The position numbers were made by a program, and so were the translations under genes. Under the pieces are notes generated by a model, which saw only the letters and a list, made by a program, of their open reading frames with translations, did not search any database and was not told the DNA's origin. Below, one piece after another: positions 1 to 12,144 of a stretch of 64,000 bases of DNA. Source of the DNA: Felis catus (lineage: Eukaryota); contig NC_058382.1 in the NCBI RefSeq assembly GCF_018350175.1, positions 54,066,001 to 54,130,000 of the forward strand, read 5' to 3'. Numbering within the stretch: the stretch's first letter is position 1; the number at the start of each line of letters is the position of its first letter.

Positions 1-59
1 GATCTCTGAGAACTGATCTCTAGCCTCAGCCTCAGCCTCCAACAAAAGTGGGACTAGGT

Positions 60-260
60 CTTCCATTTGGTAGCTGTAAAGCCTTGAGAAAGGTATTAAC
101 CCTGATTAGACCTCAGTTTATTCCTCATTAGAAAGGGCATAACAGACGTGTAAAATTAACCTGTTTATGATAGATTATGCGGGAGGCGAAATGATATAGT
201 ACACAAGCAGAATGCATTGTACCAAGTGAATACTCTGTAAGTAAGTGAGGGCTATCGTTA
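60..260 (+). mobile_element. MIR SINE fragment
   Basis: Degenerate MIR core CCTTGAGAAAGGTATTAACCC...CCTCAGTTTATTCCTCATTAGAAAGGGCATAA. Confidence 0.55.
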
Positions 261-658
261 CCACTTTCATTATCATCACCATCACAACTAACAGCAACTT
301 TGCGACTTTTACAGAAGAGAGAATGTCTTAGATGCTAACCTTTTTCTCTGGTCAAACGGCTGCCAAGAGCATTATCATCACAAAATGCCAGGACCACCAT
401 GACTACACCTAAATCAGACCCACAGGTAGTCACAGAGTGGCTGCTTTGTCCTCTCACACCAGGTCTCGGCTCATTCCCCCAAGCGCTCTGAAACACAGAC
501 ATTGTCCCTATTTCACAGCTGCCAGAAACAGAGGCTCAGAGAGACTGAGCTGTATTAAACAGGACAGCATGTGTCATATCTGATACACAAGGGTCAAGGT
601 CAAGATCTCTACAAACCTTTACACAGGCAAAATCCATGACCATATATTCATGTCATCC

Positions 659-862
659 CAGCCCTTCTCAACTGTGTCACTGGACCATCACTACAACCTC
701 CACATTCAATCGTAAGTAGTGTAGATCATAAGAAGGGGGTTATGAACCAGCAAATGTGGACTTTACACCCAGTCAGGTGAGAGGGCTTTCGTCCTTTGGA
801 CTTTCATATGGGATATTGAGGGTCCTTGACAAGTGCCAGCCGATCAGCATTTGAGACCACTG
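659..862. mobile_element. Possible hAT-Charlie MITE remnant
   Basis: Ends resemble Charlie terminal inverted repeats (TIRs): CAGCCCTTCTCAAC ... TTTGAGACCACTG. Confidence 0.4.
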
Positions 863-1779
863 ACTGGATCAATGTCTCCTGAGTAGCATCAAAGACATTC
901 CTCTGAAGTACGAGCACAGTGTCAACACATAAGTTCCAAATAGCAAACACAGGAAAGGAAGTAAGTTCCAACTCTGTGAAGATACCCTAATCATAACAGG
1001 AAGATATAAGCTTTCTTAAAATTTCAAAGGGTACCCAGATAGATCTAAAAATGGGGAGATGGCTTTGAATGTGATATATAGGAAGACCCCAGGGAAAAGA
1101 CACAGGTACACTCAGCATTGAAATGCCCACTGACCCCAGACTCTACCTCTTTGTCTGGGTCCCTGGGAAGCATTACCTAATTCTGTTTAAATATCCCCTT
1201 TCTAAGCTTCCTTAGGACAAAACACCCAGAACTTGAAGACAAACCTTCCCTTTCCTTATAGAGGACATAGGGTTTTTGTCATCTTGGGCCCTCCTTTATG
1301 GGTCTCCTACGTGAATTCCTGTGTAAGGGAGAATTCCATCTCCGGAGAGGCAGGTGGAAGACAGAAGCATAGAGTACGCCCTGGAGTTTAAAATAAAAGG
1401 GATAAAAATGTCCAAGCAACGACAATGAAAACCAGCAGTCTTAGCCCTGTGGATAAATCAAAGCACGGACAGACATCATCTGATAGGACAGAAGGGTCTG
1501 TATGCCTGCAGTCCAGGTCACCTCCCCTCCCTCTCTGCCACCCGATTCCCTCTCTCACCACCAGTGTTCATGGGAGGGTTGCCTTTGGTTTGAAACGTCA
1601 TCCAATACACAAAACATTTCCCTTGAGTTGAACATGAGTAAACAGAAGCCTCCGTTACAAACGAAGAGCCCGGTTAACATCTAAAATGAAATATGTGACC
1701 CTTTGGGTCAGAGACATCCTCTTGCAAAGTCAGTTTGAGTTTCAGACTCCAACTCCACTTTTTTTTTTTGAGCAAAGCC

Positions 1780-1970
1780 CCGTTCATACATTATTTCATT
1801 TAGTCCTCCCTACAACACTTTGGGGTGGGTATTATCATTCCCAGTGCACTGACTAGGAACCTGAGGCAGGAGAAATTAAATTAAAATGCTCAAGGCCATA
1901 AAAGAGCAGACTTGGGATTCAAATCCAGGCCCCCTTATTTCAAATTCAAGGCTCTTTGTACTACACCACC
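1780..1970 (-). mobile_element. MIR SINE
   Basis: ATTATTTCATTTAGTCCTC...TATTATCATTCCC...ACCTGAGGCAGGAGAAATTAAAT...GGATTCAAATCCAGG matches the MIR reverse complement. Confidence 0.8.
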
Positions 1971-2439
1971 CTATATCTGCCCCCCCCCCCCCGCACTTTC
2001 CCGCCAAGATATGTCCCGTCCCAATATTAGGACAAGTTGTCATTTTTCTGTGTCTGAGAATTGTGGTTGGCTCCACTTTGCTTTATCTAAGCCACTTCCT
2101 TCCCCACTTCTATTCCCAGAAACATTCAACCTAAAAATGAAGGAAGCCTCCCCTTCAATTCCGCAGTGGAAAGGGGGAAAAAAATGGTTTTCTGTTCCTT
2201 TCTCAGATTCACAGATAACAGTGGGGACACAGCCCAGCCTCGGATTTCTGCAGCTATTGTCCTCTGTATGTTTTATTCTTTCACATACACCTCAATTTGC
2301 CCCGGAAAGAAACAGATATCTGATATGACAAGTGTATGGGTTTTTTTCTTTCCTGGAGATCTGACTGTTCATTTTTTCCTTGGAAGGGCCAGAGTGTCTT
2401 TCAAAAGTTTCAGCCCTGGGTTTTTGAGAAACTTATCCG

Positions 2440-2960
2440 TGTGGCATGTCTGTCACTTTTCACAGTCCTCAAGTGAATCTTGGCAATTTTCACATAATGG
2501 CATTTGTTGACAGGTTGTTAGGGCTGACAGTGAATATGTTTGAAAAACTGTCAAGCTGGTGAAAAAAAATTAAAGAGAGAGCCTCCTTACATTTGAAACA
2601 GCATGTTAAACTGTAAGTACGTCCTCAAAATGCAGAGACCTCCACTTCTCATCAAGTTACATGCTCAACAGTGACAGCCTGAGAAGGTAGAATCCCTAAA
2701 AATTAATGTCATCTTGTCACTTCAAAGGTCATATGGCACATTACCACTAAACTCTATTTATCTGCATAAAATTGAGTTTGCCTTTAATGCTCAATAACAG
2801 GTGAATAGAGAGAGGGGCCTCAGCAAATGTAGTCAATGTGATGCGAGGTGTTTAATTGGGCAAGCAGAACTGCCCAAGGAGTTGGCAAGGAGCCCTAAGA
2901 TGTGGCACTGCAACTTCGTCACTTGGGCCACTATTGTGGTTTACCTTTAATCAACAGATT
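2440..2960. promoter_or_regulatory. Candidate enhancer / CNE-like block
   Basis: Repeat-free; five TGACAG/CTGTCA motifs (2450, 2508, 2525, 2548, 2672); overlapping TTCAAAG, AAAGGTCA and CATATG at 2721-2735; TAAT cores. Confidence 0.5.
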
Positions 2961-3564
2961 TTCAAGGAGTGAGTTAGCTGATAGGCAGTGACTGAGACAA
3001 TGAACGGATAGAGTGGCAATGTCAGTTACCCACCAGTCTGGCAAAAGAAAACCCACCATGCGCTAAAGGGCCACACCTCTTGGGCACATCAGAGGTCATA
3101 GGGAATGACCAAGGGTCAAGTACATGGCATTTTCCTGTGACCAATGCAATGCGGTAAGGGCCAAACCTGACTGCCAAATGCTCACGGGCGGGGGAGGGGG
3201 GTTGGGGATCGTCACGTGCAGTCCTGGTCTAGATGCCACCAAGAGCACATGCTCACCCTGGGGAGCTTGCAACCCAGCCAGGAACACAAGACAGGGACCT
3301 GAGACATGAAATCACAGTATGACAGAACGACACTTTCAGGAATTATGAACAGTGAGGATACAGATGCCAATGCGGACTTCCCTTAGCTTGTTCAACCCTT
3401 GCTGGTTTTGACCTCCTCACCGCTGCTGGGTTTATCCCTGACCTTCTGCAGAGACAATCCTGGCATCCATTTTATCAGGTCTTTGAGTATAGAATTCATC
3501 ATACTTGTCTGCTTGGTGACTGTCAGCCCTGGCCATCCAACAGGTACATCTGCAAATCAGCTAC

Positions 3565-3730
3565 TCCTGAGTTACTTTAATAGTCCTGTGTCCATGGGAA
3601 ACTTATTTAAGCTCCCCAAGACTCAGTTTCCTCATCCTTCCTCTCTGGAGGATAGACTAACACTATCTAGATGGACTGATGCTATTTGAGATGACATTTG
3701 CATAAGCATCGCACCAAGTGTGGTACATAT
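3565..3730 (+). mobile_element. MIR SINE fragment
   Basis: TGTGTCCATGGGAAACTTATTTAAGCTCCCCAAGACTCAGTTTCCTCATC core. Confidence 0.7.
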
Positions 3731-4465
3731 GAGGGGCCCGAACGCTTCTGCATAGAAGACATGGGTCCCTGAGGGAATGGAGGAGATCAAGGCCATAGAA
3801 ATTTCTACCAACTTCGCTTAGTGCTTCAGACGGCTTTCTTTTCTCTAAAGCTAACCAATCCCCTTCTTAAAAACAAGGTCTCTCTCTAGCCTTCAGTTTA
3901 GTTTCTATCAGGACCTACGGATAAACTTGTGTCCAAGCACATGGTGAACAAGCCCCTTAATTCTTCAGTTCTGAATGGGATCATTGCCACCAGGGCCCCC
4001 CTCCACTAGCTTACATCTAAACAACATCCTAGACTTTGCAAGCTCTGCAAGATGTAGGGTTTAATCAACCGAGAGCTCTGAGGGGCTGGCCGGGCATCGC
4101 GCCTGAGGGGCAGCGTTGCTGTCTCCTCCCTGCTGAGGGAAGAATTTGTGGTACAGGAGAGTCAAGTCCGATTTTACAGTGCTGTCTCTGAGATTACTCA
4201 GGGCGGGGGTGGGCGGAAAGCTGACAACGACGGAGTCTAGAGCACTGGGACTCGCCTTCACAGCATGAGGCTCCGGCTGGAGCAAGAGGCACGAAGACAA
4301 GAGAAAAAGCAAAGACCTCTAGAGACAGCAAATAAGAATAAAGAGAAATGAAACTTTTATTAACTGTCCTGTAAGAGATACACAGAAAAGTACACAAATC
4401 ACAAATGTAGCTCAAGGAATTTTTACAAAGTGACTACACTCTTGTAACTAGATCAAGAAATGAAT

Positions 4466-4686
4466 GGGGCGCCTGGGTGGCGCAGTCGGTTAAGCGTCCG
4501 ACTTCAGCCAGGTCATGATCTCGCGGTCTGTGAGTTCGAGCCCCGCGTCGGGCTCTGGGCTGATGGCTCAGAGCCTGGAGCCTGTTTCCGATTCTGTGTC
4601 TCCCTCTCTCTCTGCCCCTCCCCCGTTCATGCTCTGTCTCTCTCTGTCCGAAAAATAAATAAACGTTGAAAAAAAATTTTAAAAAA
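4466..4686 (+). mobile_element. SINEC_Fc-type CanSINE, young felid subfamily, full length
   Basis: GGGGCGCCTGGGTGGCGCAGTCGGTTAAGCGTCCGACTTCAGCCAGGTC head, CT tract, AATAAA/A tail, many intact CpGs; target-site duplication (TSD) AAGAAATGA at 4455 and 4687. Confidence 0.95.
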
Positions 4687-4714
4687 AAGAAATGATTAAG
4701 AACGTAGACAGTGT

Positions 4715-4848
4715 GGGGTGTCTGGGCGGCTCAGTCGGCTAGGCGTCTGACTTCAGCTCACGGTTGGTGAGTTCGGGCCCCGCATCAGACTCTGTGCTGA
4801 CGGCTTGGAGCCTGGAGACTGCTTCGGATTCTGTGTCTCCTTCTCTAA

Positions 4849-4896
<48 letters not shown>

Positions 4897-4931
4897 GCTA
4901 AATAATAAACATTAAAAGAAATTAAAAAGAA
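4715..4931 (+). mobile_element. SINEC (felid CanSINE), older copy with internal deletion
   Basis: Degenerate tRNA-derived head, (CT)n, A-rich tail; TSD-like AAGAACRTAGA at 4698 and 4932. Confidence 0.9.
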
Positions 4932-5574
4932 AAGAACATAGAGTACGTGGCCAGCCCCCTGAGACCTCTTGTTATTCCCTAGTCATTGGCAGCTTCCTCC
5001 TCAAAAGTAATCACTCTCCTCACTTGTACCACACAGACTGTTTGCTGGCCTTTGAACTTCACATAGATGGAATCACACCATACCTACTCCTTTACATGTG
5101 GCTTCTATCACTTAATGTTACGCTCATAAGGATCCCTCCAAATTGCTGCATACAGTAATAGCTAACTTTTTTCATGACTGGATCTACTATTGACAGACAT
5201 TTGAGTTTGTTTGGGAATTCTGACGGATGCGAATAGTGTTTCTGGGATCATTCCTGTACGTGTCCTTTCGGCCACACACGTATGCATTTCTGGGGGTACG
5301 TACCTGGGCTGGAGTTGCCGGCCACGATGTGTGCAGATGTTCAGCTTTAGTAGAGAGCGCCGAACCGTGTTCCAAAGTGGCTGTGCCGACGCACGCTTGT
5401 ACCAGTGGGGAGTGAGCGTTGGCCCACACCCTCCCCGGCACTTGGTGCTTTCAGGCAAAATATGCTGTTCATTCTCATGGGCATAAAGAACAGCTACTTC
5501 TGACTGAGGTCTTATCATATACCAAGTATGTAAGAAGTTTACATATTTTATCGTTCTGAAGCTTTCAGAAGCCA

Positions 5575-5710
5575 TAGCCCCAGAGTTTCTGATTAGGAAA
5601 CTGATATTCAAAGAAATTAAGCTACTTGTCTAAAGTCACCTAATTCCTAAGTGCGAACCGGGATACGATCCCAACTCTGTATGACCTCAAAGCCTGTACT
5701 ATTTCCATGA
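5575..5710 (-). mobile_element. MIR fragment
   Basis: GGAAACTGATATTCAAAGAAATTAAGCTACTTGTCTAAAGTCAC. Confidence 0.65.
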
Positions 5711-5797
5711 TAATATGCTCTTCTCAAATGACTCGTGATTAATTTAAAAGACTTTTTTCTTCCCGCAAAGATTTTAAAGCTGTCAGTCATAGTGACG

Positions 5798-6140
5798 TGC
5801 CTTAGTCAGTTCAAGTTGCCATAATGAATTACCACTAATGGGGTGGCTTAGATAACAGACATTTATTTTTCATAGTTCTGGAGGTGGAGAAGTTCAAGAT
5901 CAAGATGCCAGCCTAGTTGTGTCCTGGTGAGGATCTACTCTGTACTTTGCAGATGCCTGTCTTTTCATTGTATCCTCACGTGGCCGAGAGAGAGAAAGAG
6001 GAAGCAAGCTCTCTCCTGTCTCTTTTCATCAGGGCACTAGTCCCATCAAGACATCTCTACTTCCATCTCCAAGTACCAACCCACTAGAGGTTAGGGCTTC
6101 AACATGTGGATTTTGAGGGTGACACGTTTAGTCCACAGCA
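5798..6140 (-). mobile_element. MLT1A-like MaLR solo LTR
   Basis: CTTAGTCAGTTCAAGTTGCCATAA...CATAGTTCTGGAGG...AAGTTCAAGATCAAGATGCCAGC...GGTTAGGGCTTCAACATGTGGATTTTG. Confidence 0.85.
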
Positions 6141-7314
6141 TAGTGTGACTGAGCAAAAGCCACAAACTCTTCCTGATAAGAAGACAATTTGGAACCAAGC
6201 CACTAAAAAGGAGAAAATCACTAGGAAAAAGTGGTCCACAATGTATGCAGCAAATGTGAACGTGTGAATGGTTGGAATCTTCAACACTGCATCTCAATAG
6301 GATAAGCTTTCTCGGAACCTGCTGGGCTAGCTGGCCCTGCACTTTCTTCATTCTTGAGCTGCAAACACAGAACAGGACGTGCCCAAGGACAGCAAGCCGG
6401 TTTTCCGGTCTGGAGAAGGGACCTGAGCTGAGAGAGAGACAAAGGAATGCTTTATCCTGTTCCAGTCCCCCAATCCTGGTCCCAATGAGGTGCTACAGGT
6501 GCTTTAAATGGGAAATCTGTTACCCTGTCCAGCCTCTCATCATATTCCCCAAAACACATTTCTCCAGACACAAAGGAACCACATAACCTTAGCCCCTTCT
6601 CTTCCTAGTATTCCAGGGTCCCTCACTACCTTCAGCCCAAGTCTGAGCCTCTCCCCATTTCCAGACATCGGGGCTCCAGTGAAAATCAAAGAGTACTTGC
6701 CATTGGCTTCTCCTTCTCTTTGTCTCCAGGTTGTTGCATAAAGCTTTCTCCGGGGGCTCTGCTCTCCCCCGTACCTCTCTTCATCCCCAACCTGCCCTTT
6801 AAGTCTAAAATCCCATCAGTAAGGGAGCTGCAGATCTGTCAAACAGGTCTTTAATCTAGCCCACACTGTTCTGGAAGCCCCTGAAAACCAAGTTTCTGTT
6901 GAAGATCTTAGAGTTGGGTGTGAAGGGGAAGTAGGACTTAATAAATGATTTATAGTACCACCCTTAGAAGCATACATGCACCCGAGTGTGCATAGAAACA
7001 TCTACGTTGTTGGAAATAAAGTCAGAGTAAAATCAAAGGAATATTATAAAGATTAATAACAAGGGTGATTTTGCATGTTTTTATTTTAAGGATCAAAAAA
7101 TGAAATATGAGTCAAAAGAACAAGGTTAGTACCTATAGCTTCAAGCAACAGAAATACAAGGAGATTGTTAACTTTTCTCTTTCCCATGGTTGTTGGGGTC
7201 ATTTAGTTTCTGAGTTTAGCAACTTCAGATGTCACACAACATACCAGGAGTAAAACAAGACCTTCCCCACGAGTAAAACATTCACTCTTCCCCGCGAAAT
7301 TCTAACCAATTTGC

Positions 7315-7455
7315 CTCTAAGGTGTGACCCTGGGCAAGTAACTTCACCCATAACAATAGTTGCAAACCCTTTGGGCTCTTTCAAGAATTAAATTTGATAT
7401 TACATATTAAGCACTTAGAAGACCCCTGGACACACAGTAAGTCCTCAATAGCTAC
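7315..7455 (+). mobile_element. MIR fragment
   Basis: TGTGACCCTGGGCAAGTAACTTCAC...AAGCACTTAGAAGACCCCTGGACACACAGTAAGTCCTCAATA. Confidence 0.75.
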
Positions 7456-8911
7456 CAACCATCATCAGGTGCTAGCGATTATTAAGATCATTTTGATGAT
7501 GATCAAAGGAAGACAGGAGACAGGAAGTCAACAAAGTGGAGATGACACCAATCCCGACAGCAGGAAGAAAATGCATGCAAAATTCCTCTCTTCTCACTCT
7601 TTGTGTTGACTGTCAAAGTTCCTCGTGTGCTAAAAACAAGAACTTGGCCTGAGCTGTTTAGATAGGTACAAGTAAGTCCAAGAGATTTTGAATGTATGTA
7701 CAGAGTTAAGACTTGAAATGTTTAAGGCAACTAACAGTGAAAGGTTCTGATCAGAGCACCTGAGAGACAAAATAGGTGAGGCTAACTGGGGACATCCTTG
7801 AAGGGAGGAAAAAGGTTCTCCAGTAGCTGTCCTTCACATGACAAGCTGCCCCAGGCTGCTTAGGAGTCATAACCATTTAGCTGCAGCTCAGCTTTGTAAG
7901 GCCACTCCAAGCCTTTTGGGTCATTTTGAAAGACAAAGAGGTAGGAAACATGTCTGCCACTCTAGTCCCCCTTCCATGGGGCTTGGGATTGAGTTATGCT
8001 ACTGCCCAGGGCTTGGGTGGTAGATGGCTTTCCTAACCAAACAGTGCCTGAATCACCCAACCCTTAGCTTGGATTCCCACTACCCAAATTTCTACCCAAA
8101 TTCTGTCATCTGCCAACAGTTTGTCTACCTCCTTAGTTCAACTCAAGATACCAGATCTAAGACTTTGACATTCATTCTTCTAAGTTTGTAGACTCTTTTT
8201 AAACATGAATGAATAACCTGGGACAAATTTTCAAGAAAAATGTCACTCATCAATGACATATTCACTTTCTTTCATCCTCTCTTCCTGGAGCTTTCTCTCC
8301 TTTACCTCTAGGTTCCAGGCACGTGTGTACCACCCTTTAGCTGCCCATGAACCTCCAATGTGATGCTCCGGTTATCTGATGCTTCTTCCTGTCTGAGAAC
8401 CTTTTACTTAAATGGTAACCCTTTGAAAAAATACCCAGTGAGCCATTCTTTAGATTTGTCATATCCTTGCTAACACTAACTCTTCTCACCAGAATCCTTT
8501 CATGTCCCCAGGCAATGTCAGTGAGATGAATTTACACTAACATCATAGACCACATCTCGGTATTGAGGGTATCTGCATTTTAAAAGGACACATGTGAACC
8601 CAACTGAATCTCTCCTTCTGGAAAGAGAGGCAACATGACTACAGCACTTGAGGCTCCATACAGGGACCATATTTATGGTGGAAACACCATTCCAGCACGT
8701 CAGATCACACACAGACTCTGACGGCCTTGGGTGCGCTGAGGGTTGGGGCTGAGTTCCTAATTTCCTACCACAGCATAGTGCAAGGTCTCCAGAGAACATC
8801 AGAGTGTGGAAATGGAGACAAGGGCAGTACTCACAGAACTCCCACACGGTGCCAAGCATGTATTAGATGCTATGAGGGTGGAAAGGAAGGGAGTCCCGGT
8901 GCTAGAACATC

Positions 8912-9335
8912 TGTTGTCAGGCTGACCCTGCCATCCCTTATAAGGCTGGTAAGTCCATTTCTAGAACTCCTTCCCCATATGGATTCAGGTTAGGATCTGC
9001 CAATTGCAGGAATTCACATGACATTTGGAAGGTGGCAGGGAAGTAGGAGACATTGTTTTAGGAACTCTCTAGCAGCCAGACGTGACAGCTTCACAGACCT
9101 CTCTGAGCTCCCACTGAGTAGGAAGGTGCTAGATGCAGTGGTTCCTCCCCTTTCCCTGGAGGCTATGACTTCCCCATCTGCCCCATTGTGTCAAGCCTGG
9201 GTCATTAGTGAATGTGTCTCTGATCTAGCTTCCAAACCATCAAACCTGGACTTCTCCCACATTCATATAACACACTTCTTTTTCCCATTATATATGTGGT
9301 GGCTCTGTTTTTCTGACTAATCCCAGACTAATACT
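8912..9335 (+). mobile_element. Old ERVL solo LTR (LTR33/LTR16-like)
   Basis: 3' end GTGGCTCTGTTTTTCTGACTAATCCCAGACTAATAC resembles old ERVL LTR termini. Confidence 0.5.
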
Positions 9336-10064
9336 ATAGCTTTTCATTTTTTCCCCACTTGTTGGAAAATTAACATGGCAGTATCTGCTAACTCCTTCCA
9401 GTGAGAGGACACGTTTCATTGTCCTTACTCTGGACTGCTCTCGGTGGCAGGTGGTTCAGCCGTATCCAGTAAAAAAAGCAGTGCCACTCAACCAGACAAA
9501 GTAGTACATGTGAGCCACATGTACTCAAAGGCTAAGTGCTTACCTGAATTGGGAGGCTATTACTATGTATGAGTTATTATGGCTAGTGAGCCTCTGTTTG
9601 CACCCATAAGCTGAAGAAGCCCATGTAAGCTAGAATACACTTTAGAGACTTGTTTGTCATTATTATAAATCCCAATACAATGTACACCTGCATCACAGAC
9701 TCATTATTAGCCCTAGAATCGGAGTGAATTCATATGTTTACTCCAGATATATTGACTATCAGAAACAGATTAGAACTTGGGGAAGGCTATGTGTTCTCAG
9801 AGGTCTAGTGATTTCACTAAGCTGTGAAGACACAGATACTAAAGCACCCTAGATCCTGATTTCAGGACACTTGGTGGGTTTATCCTTCTAAGCAAGGTGC
9901 TCAAAGAGAAAGGAAATATTATAGAGCCTGTGAGCTTGTTGTGAGCCTCTTGATTGCTCCAAAATCCCAGGTAGATACCAAGAAATCAGGTGCGCCAAAA
10001 AAATGATCTCTACGGCTCCTTTATGGGGATCAGAAATTTTACAAAGACAAATGCTTCCTTTAAA

Positions 10065-10250
10065 AAAAGGAGAAGAAGGAGAAAGTGAAGGGGAGAAGAG
10101 GGAGAAGAGGGAGAAGGGGGAGGAGGAGGAGGAGGAGGAGGAGGAGGAGGAGGAGGAGGAGGACGACAAGGAGGAGGACGAGGAGGAGGAGGACGAGGAG
10201 GAGGAGGACGAGGAGGAGGAGGAGGAGGAGGACGAGGAGGAGGAGGAGAA
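10065..10250 (+). repeat. Purine-rich tract: (GAG)14 followed by GAC-interrupted GAG arrays
   Basis: Pure GAG run 10120-10161, then GAC(GAG)n units to about 10248. Confidence 0.95.
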
Positions 10251-10834
10251 AAACACTAAGGATATGGCCAGAACTTCTGGGTGGCGATTATTCCTATAGC
10301 CCTAAAGTTTGAAAATGAAAGTGTATTTGGAGACAGGAAACGAGAAAGGCTATTTACCTCTTGGGGAATCTGTGAGGTTTACAAAACAGGACATTCCTCA
10401 GAAAAGCCATATTGTACAACTTCAGTAGGGCCCTGTGGACTTTATATTCCATGCAAAGGTAATTTCTATAGGAAGATTCCAGGGAAGTAAGAGTACTGTT
10501 GTTCGTAGTTGAGTCTATGACTTCAAAAGAAAATTGAATCCAGATCAGTAAGACGAGGCAAGAGTATCAGATACGTGAAAGAAAGCTTGACAAAAATAAA
10601 AAAAGACTTTTTAAAACACTGCATACCCTTCAAGTCTGTAATTTCACTCCTGATGATGTGTCTTAAGCAAACAAGCAGGACAAGAATGCACACATACACA
10701 CACAAAGCTGTTTAGTGCGGCATTATTGAAAAGTGTTAAGATATTATGAGTTTACAGAACACTGATAGAAGATAATGTAAAACAATAAAATAAGAAATTA
10801 AATAAGAAAATATGTATATAAAATACCCAAATAC

Positions 10835-10961
10835 TTTTTAAAAATTTTTAATGTTTTACTTATTTTTTAGAGAAAAAGAGAGAGAGCATGAATGCGGGCG
10901 GGAGTGGGGAACAGAGAGAGAGGGAGACACAGAATCCAAAGCAGGCTCCTGGCCCTGAGCT
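10835..10961 (-). mobile_element. 5'-truncated SINEC inserted in L1
   Basis: T-rich tail, GA tract and GGGAGACACAGAATCCAAAGCAGGCTCC; the head is missing. Confidence 0.85.
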
Positions 10962-11897
10962 TCAAAATATATAATACGCTTCTAAATAACCCATAGTCAA
11001 AGATAAAAAAAATATTAAGAAAACTAGGAAATATTTCTACCCAAATGATAATGAAAAATACAATGTTTCAAAATGTGTATGTTGCACCCAAAGCAGTGTT
11101 CATGGGGAAATTTATAGCTATAGTTTACATTAGAAAAGAAAATGGTCTAAAATCAGTGATCCATTGCTAGAAAGACAGTACAAAAGGAGAGCAAATTTAA
11201 ATCAGGTAACTAAAAGGAGGAAATAATAAAGATAGGAAATTACTGAAATAAAAATCAAGAGTGAAAAATCAACAACCCAAAAGTTGAGTCTTTTAAAAGT
11301 TCCATAAAATCAAGCACTACTAGCAACTCTGATCAAGAAAAAAGAAAGAAAATTATAAATTACCAACAAGAATAATGAAAGTGAGGATGTAACTACAGAC
11401 ATTAAAATGACAGTAAGGGGCTATTATGAACAAACATATGTAATATATTTAACAACAGAGATGAAATGGACAAATTTCTTGAAAGACACAAATTACCAGA
11501 GCTTCACAAAAAGTAACAGAAAACCTGAATAGTGTTATATGTGTTGAAAAAAAAAAAGAATTCATAATTTAAAACATCTCCACAAAGAAAATTCCAGGCT
11601 TCATGGATTCAATAATGAATCAGTCTTACACAAACTCTTTCAGGAAATACAGCAGGGGAGCTATTTCCCAACTCATTTTATGAGGTCAATATAACCCTGA
11701 TACAAAAACCAGAAAAAGGCAAAAAGGAAAAAAAGAAAATTTCAGCCCAACCTACCTCATTGAAGGAGATATAAAAATCCCAGTGAAAATATTTACAAAG
11801 TAAATCCAGCAATTTACTAAAAGATAATACATTATGACTAAATAGTCTCTATCACAAATATGTAAGATTGGTTTAACATTAGAAAGCCCATGAATGT

Positions 11898-12067
11898 GGG
11901 GCGCCAGGGTGGCTTAGTCAGTTGAGCAACTGACTTCATTCAGCTCAGGTCATGATCTCATAGTTCATGAGTTTGAGACCCGCGTTGGGCTCTGTGTGGA
12001 CAGCTCAGAGCCTAGAGCCTGCTTCAGATTCTGTGTCTCCTTATCTCTTTTCCCCTTCCCTGCTCAT

Positions 12068-12116
<49 letters not shown>

Positions 12117-12144
12117 AATAAACAAATATTAAAAAAAGAAAGAA
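11898..12144 (+). mobile_element. SINEC (felid) nested in L1
   Basis: Full head, (CT)n, A tail; 17-bp TSD AGAAAGCCCATGAATGT (11881) / AGAAAGTCCATGACTGT (12145). Confidence 0.95.

Larger units (their letters stand above)
4350..5470 (-). mobile_element. Old L1M (L1ME/L1MD-like) 3' end, interrupted by two SINEC copies
   Basis: ACACAGAAAAGTACACAAATCACAAATGTAGCTCAAGGAATTTTTACAAAGTG and TTTGAACTTCACATAGATGGAATCACAC...TTCCAAAGTGGCTGTGCC match the reverse complement of L1M 3' end/ORF2 C-terminus. Confidence 0.75.

Noticed and set aside
1455..1480. REST/NRSE site (CACGGACAG)
   Set aside because: Only the right half matches; the TCAGCACC left half is missing.
4466..4550. tRNA gene (A/B-box-like sequence)
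   Set aside because: This is the tRNA-derived head of a CanSINE; the same applies to the other SINEC heads.
9538..9720. Minus-strand exon ending at donor CAG|GTAAGC (9544)
   Set aside because: Good donor, but no convincing polypyrimidine acceptor upstream.
9888..10312. Poly-E/D, poly-S and poly-R ORFs
   Set aside because: Different frames of one GAG repeat; no homologous flanking protein sequence.
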